Shown piece by piece: positions 61,262 through 64,000 of a DNA stretch of 64,000 nt. The stretch is from Amphiscolops sp. MND2022 (Eukaryota): assembly GCA_964187785.1 (NCBI GenBank), contig OZ076409.1:40240001-40304000 (forward strand), written 5' to 3'. The translations under genes and the position numbers were made by a program. The notes under the pieces are model-generated. The model did no database searches. It had not been told where the DNA came from and saw nothing but the letters and a program-made list of their open reading frames with translations. How positions within the stretch are numbered: the first letter of the stretch is position 1; the number at the start of each line of letters is the position of its first letter.

Positions 61262-63107
61262 ATTGGGAAAAGAACAGAGAAGAGGAAAGAGACAGCTGAC
61301 AAACAATCAGAAACAAAGGAGTTAAACAATATAAATTTGAAGTTAAATAAATAAATATATGCTTATTAGTATTATTAACACAATAATGTACACTTACATA
61401 AATACGTACTTACGGAATAACGGAGCTATTCGTGCAGTTAATAATAATACAATACTATGTAATAATAATAATCGAATTGCACCGCTCAGTGAACGAACTG
61501 AGAAATTAAAGGCGGAACTGAGGCCTGGCAGCCGGCCTCCAATACTCGCACTAAAGCGGCGGCCTGGCAGGCAGCCTGAGAATTGTAAACTCAGCAAACT
61601 AATATGCAAGTGCGCGCTATAGTGAATACATGTAAATGAACTAATGTCTAGTGCAGTGATTTATTAACAATACGAGTGCAAATCTACCAACAATTGAGAT
61701 TTCTGTGCTAACTTAATAGAACATCACGTACCGCGGCCTGGGATGCGGCCTGAGAATTACATACGATAAATCAATCACGAAAGTGAAAGATGATGATGCT
61801 ACCGTGTAACTTTGTCTCGAAAGGAATCTAGAGATTATTATCTATGATCTTAAACTATATCGTCGTATAAAATATCGCATATAACGTTCTTTTACATGTA
61901 AATATTGATTAATCTATAAACAGGCCTGAACCGCAGCCTGGACCAAAGATTTAGTACCGAATATCAAACCAAGTGTTAATAACATGTATATCCTGTTCCC
62001 TGAATCCGTTGTCGTTATATTGCATTACATACCTTTCTGAACAATGTATCTGATGCTGTTTATAATTAATAATTGCTTTACTCATTGAACAAGTTTGTCC
62101 GTTCCAGACTATGGCCTGGGACCAGGCTTCGTGATCTTAACCAAAAATCAGAGCCGTAAAAACTGTAGAAGCAATTCTACTCTTTCATTTAAAACCTAAT
62201 GTGTGATTTGTGTTAAATTTCATTCAAATTGTTGCTGATTTATTTAATTTAGGGAAATATTTGTAAAGAAAAATTGGTTGTCATCATTTTTTCCCAAATT
62301 TGTGCAGTTAATCAATCTTATTCAATGACTCATTGCGCGTGTCTTTGATAATTTTTTCAGTTCGGCGTCCTGAATAGGCGGGAAGTTGGAGGCGAAGGGA
62401 AGCGGAGTCGCAACTCAGGCCGGAAGTGGACGCGTGCTTTCTTCGGAAAGCATGAACAAGCTGAAAGCCTGAGTTCGACAAAGCGGAACTGAACTTCCTG
62501 TTTCCGTGCCTCGGACGGACGCCGGACTGAACAAAATGTGAAGTATGTTCGTGTCTTTTCCCCCGCCTTCCGGGATGGAAAGTATAAATACAATGGGAGC
62601 TAAAAGCCATTTTAGTTGAATTTTGTTATTTTTGCGAAACAATTATTTCCGTTTAACGATAATTAAAAATCTTGGAACATCACGCTTTGTCACTTGAGAA
62701 CTTGCTCTAATTTCCTTGAAAAGAAAATCGAGAATCATCAAGCCTGAGTAAGATGCCAGAACGTAGCTCCAAAAGAAAAGCCAGAAGGGATTCCCCTGTG
62801 AACTCCTTAGACGAACCTGAATCTTCTAGCATGAGGACTGAAAACGTTCCTAGTCTATCTGATAAAGATTTTACGGAATTATCTGAAAAGATAGAAAAGT
62901 CTGTAAGTAAAAGAATCAAAGACGCAGAGGTCGGACAGCGCGAGATTCTGAAGATGATAGAGAACCTGACCTCTAAAATTGATACACTGGCAGAAAGACC
63001 GCCTAACAACATGCGTCATGACCCCGGCGACGAGGGCGCGGGAAACACGGATTACTGATTTAGAACAGTTGAACCAAGTGATTTACTCCCGAATCACGGT
63101 CAACACA
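61200..63107 (+). repeat. E3 LTR3 (1908 bp) with gag N-terminus 62753-63058
   Basis: Direct repeat of 44186-46092. Confidence 0.95.
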
Positions 63108-63591
63108 TGGTGACAGGAGTTACCACAACCCAGGACATACCCACCCGATCATCAAGTCTACCCCCGCCCAACATGAGATATCCAGACGATTATAAGGTAA
63201 CCAGGAGCTTTCATTTTTCCAATCTATCGTTGTCAATGTATGACCTTATGATCTGCTGTTTGATAAAGAGTTTTTCGGCTATAATAAAACAGGTTTTAGT
63301 GTCATTCAAATGCATCAACTACCATGATTCTTGTAAACCTATTGAATTCGATTTAAGATTTCACTGCGCTGTCAATTCCCTGGAGCTTATTGTGATTTAC
63401 TCTTTCTGAGACCCGAAGGAGGCCACGTTCTTGTCGTGGGTCTTGTCAAGTGCGAAACTATGTATCTCACGAGCTGAGTGCCTCCCTAAAAATACAGCAT
63501 AAGGACCTCGGCAACAAATTTTTGTGCATCTTGTGCGCAAGTGGTTGCCTTGTCCGACATCTATCTGATAAGAATTGAACTTTTGGGTTTT

Positions 63592-63730
63592 TATGATTTC
63601 AGGTTGTCCATACTCTGGACCATTTATGATTTCAGGCTGTCCATATTCTGGACCATATATGGTTCCATACTGGACCATAAAAGTTTATGGTTTCAGGCTG
63701 ACCATACTCTGGACCATATATGATTCCAGG
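63592..63730. repeat. Degenerate ~32-bp minisatellite (TATGATTTCAGG(C/T)TGTCCATACTCTGGACCAT)
   Basis: About four imperfect units, each with an internal GTCCA..TGGAC inverted motif. Confidence 0.8.
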
Positions 63731-64000
63731 CCGATCATAGCAAGATCATAGTAAGGAAATTTGTATGATTTGTATGGTGCCATAATATGGTCAGATTATG
63801 ATCGGCATGGTCGGGAAACCCGGGATGAAATAAGACACCCGCCCAGCTGCGGAATAACTTCCGCCAGGAAATAAATTGATAAATTGGCAACAACATATTC
63901 TTAGGGCTCGAAAAACAACGATCATGCAAAAATGCTCGAGAAATCGAAGTTTTAAAAGTTCGTAACATCTGGCTTTTTATGGAAAAAACACCAAATTGTT

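Larger units (their letters stand above)
56110..62433 (+). repeat. 3.16-kb tandem duplication (56110-59271 and 59270-62433)
   Basis: Junction ..GAAGTGGAC|GC|TCGGGCAGC at 59270-59271 joins mid-LTR to internal position 56110. Confidence 0.93.
44186..63190 (+). mobile_element. E3: large Ty3/Gypsy-type element with three LTR copies (internal tandem duplication; last LTR followed by PBS and 83 nt of internal sequence)
   Basis: LTR1 44186-46092, partial LTR2 58038-59271, LTR3 61200-63107. PBS at 46093-46104 and 63108-63119. Left flank GTAGG is not duplicated on the right. Confidence 0.93.

Noticed and set aside
44186..63190. DIRS/Ngaro split-repeat element, suggested by the three repeats
   Set aside because: A DDE integrase and tRNA PBS are present, no tyrosine recombinase is seen, and the extra LTR is explained by a tandem duplication.

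Overview
AT-rich, eukaryotic-looking, repeat-dominated DNA; the species cannot be assigned from sequence alone. About three quarters of the window is five copies, from five diverged families, of one unusual clade of large Ty3/Gypsy-type LTR retrotransposons. E1 (1-6058, minus) is a 5' half. E4 (11606 to ~14400, minus) is a 3' fragment. E2 (15224-31536) is full length, 16.3 kb, with TSD TTTGC. E5 (34327-35892) is a solo LTR with TSD ATGAC. E3 (44186-63190) is rearranged by a 3.16-kb tandem duplication. Shared architecture: (i) 1.6-2.5 kb TGT..ACA LTRs whose 3' part encodes the first ~120-195 codons of Gag, reading through the PBS (TGGTGACAGGAG = 'MVTG'); (ii) a -1 frameshift signal A_AAA_AAC at the gag stop; (iii) PR-RT-RH-IN pol; (iv) a large antisense, intron-containing accessory gene (~1100-1300 aa) that resembles a catalytically dead hAT-transposase derivative with a C2H2/BED-like finger; (v) a small sense ORF that ends inside the 3' LTR. 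The rest holds small TIR elements, a dispersed Helitron/Helentron-like repeat, three fold-back palindromes, minisatellites and one tentative three-exon host gene. All alignments and splice models were done by eye; no database search was run.
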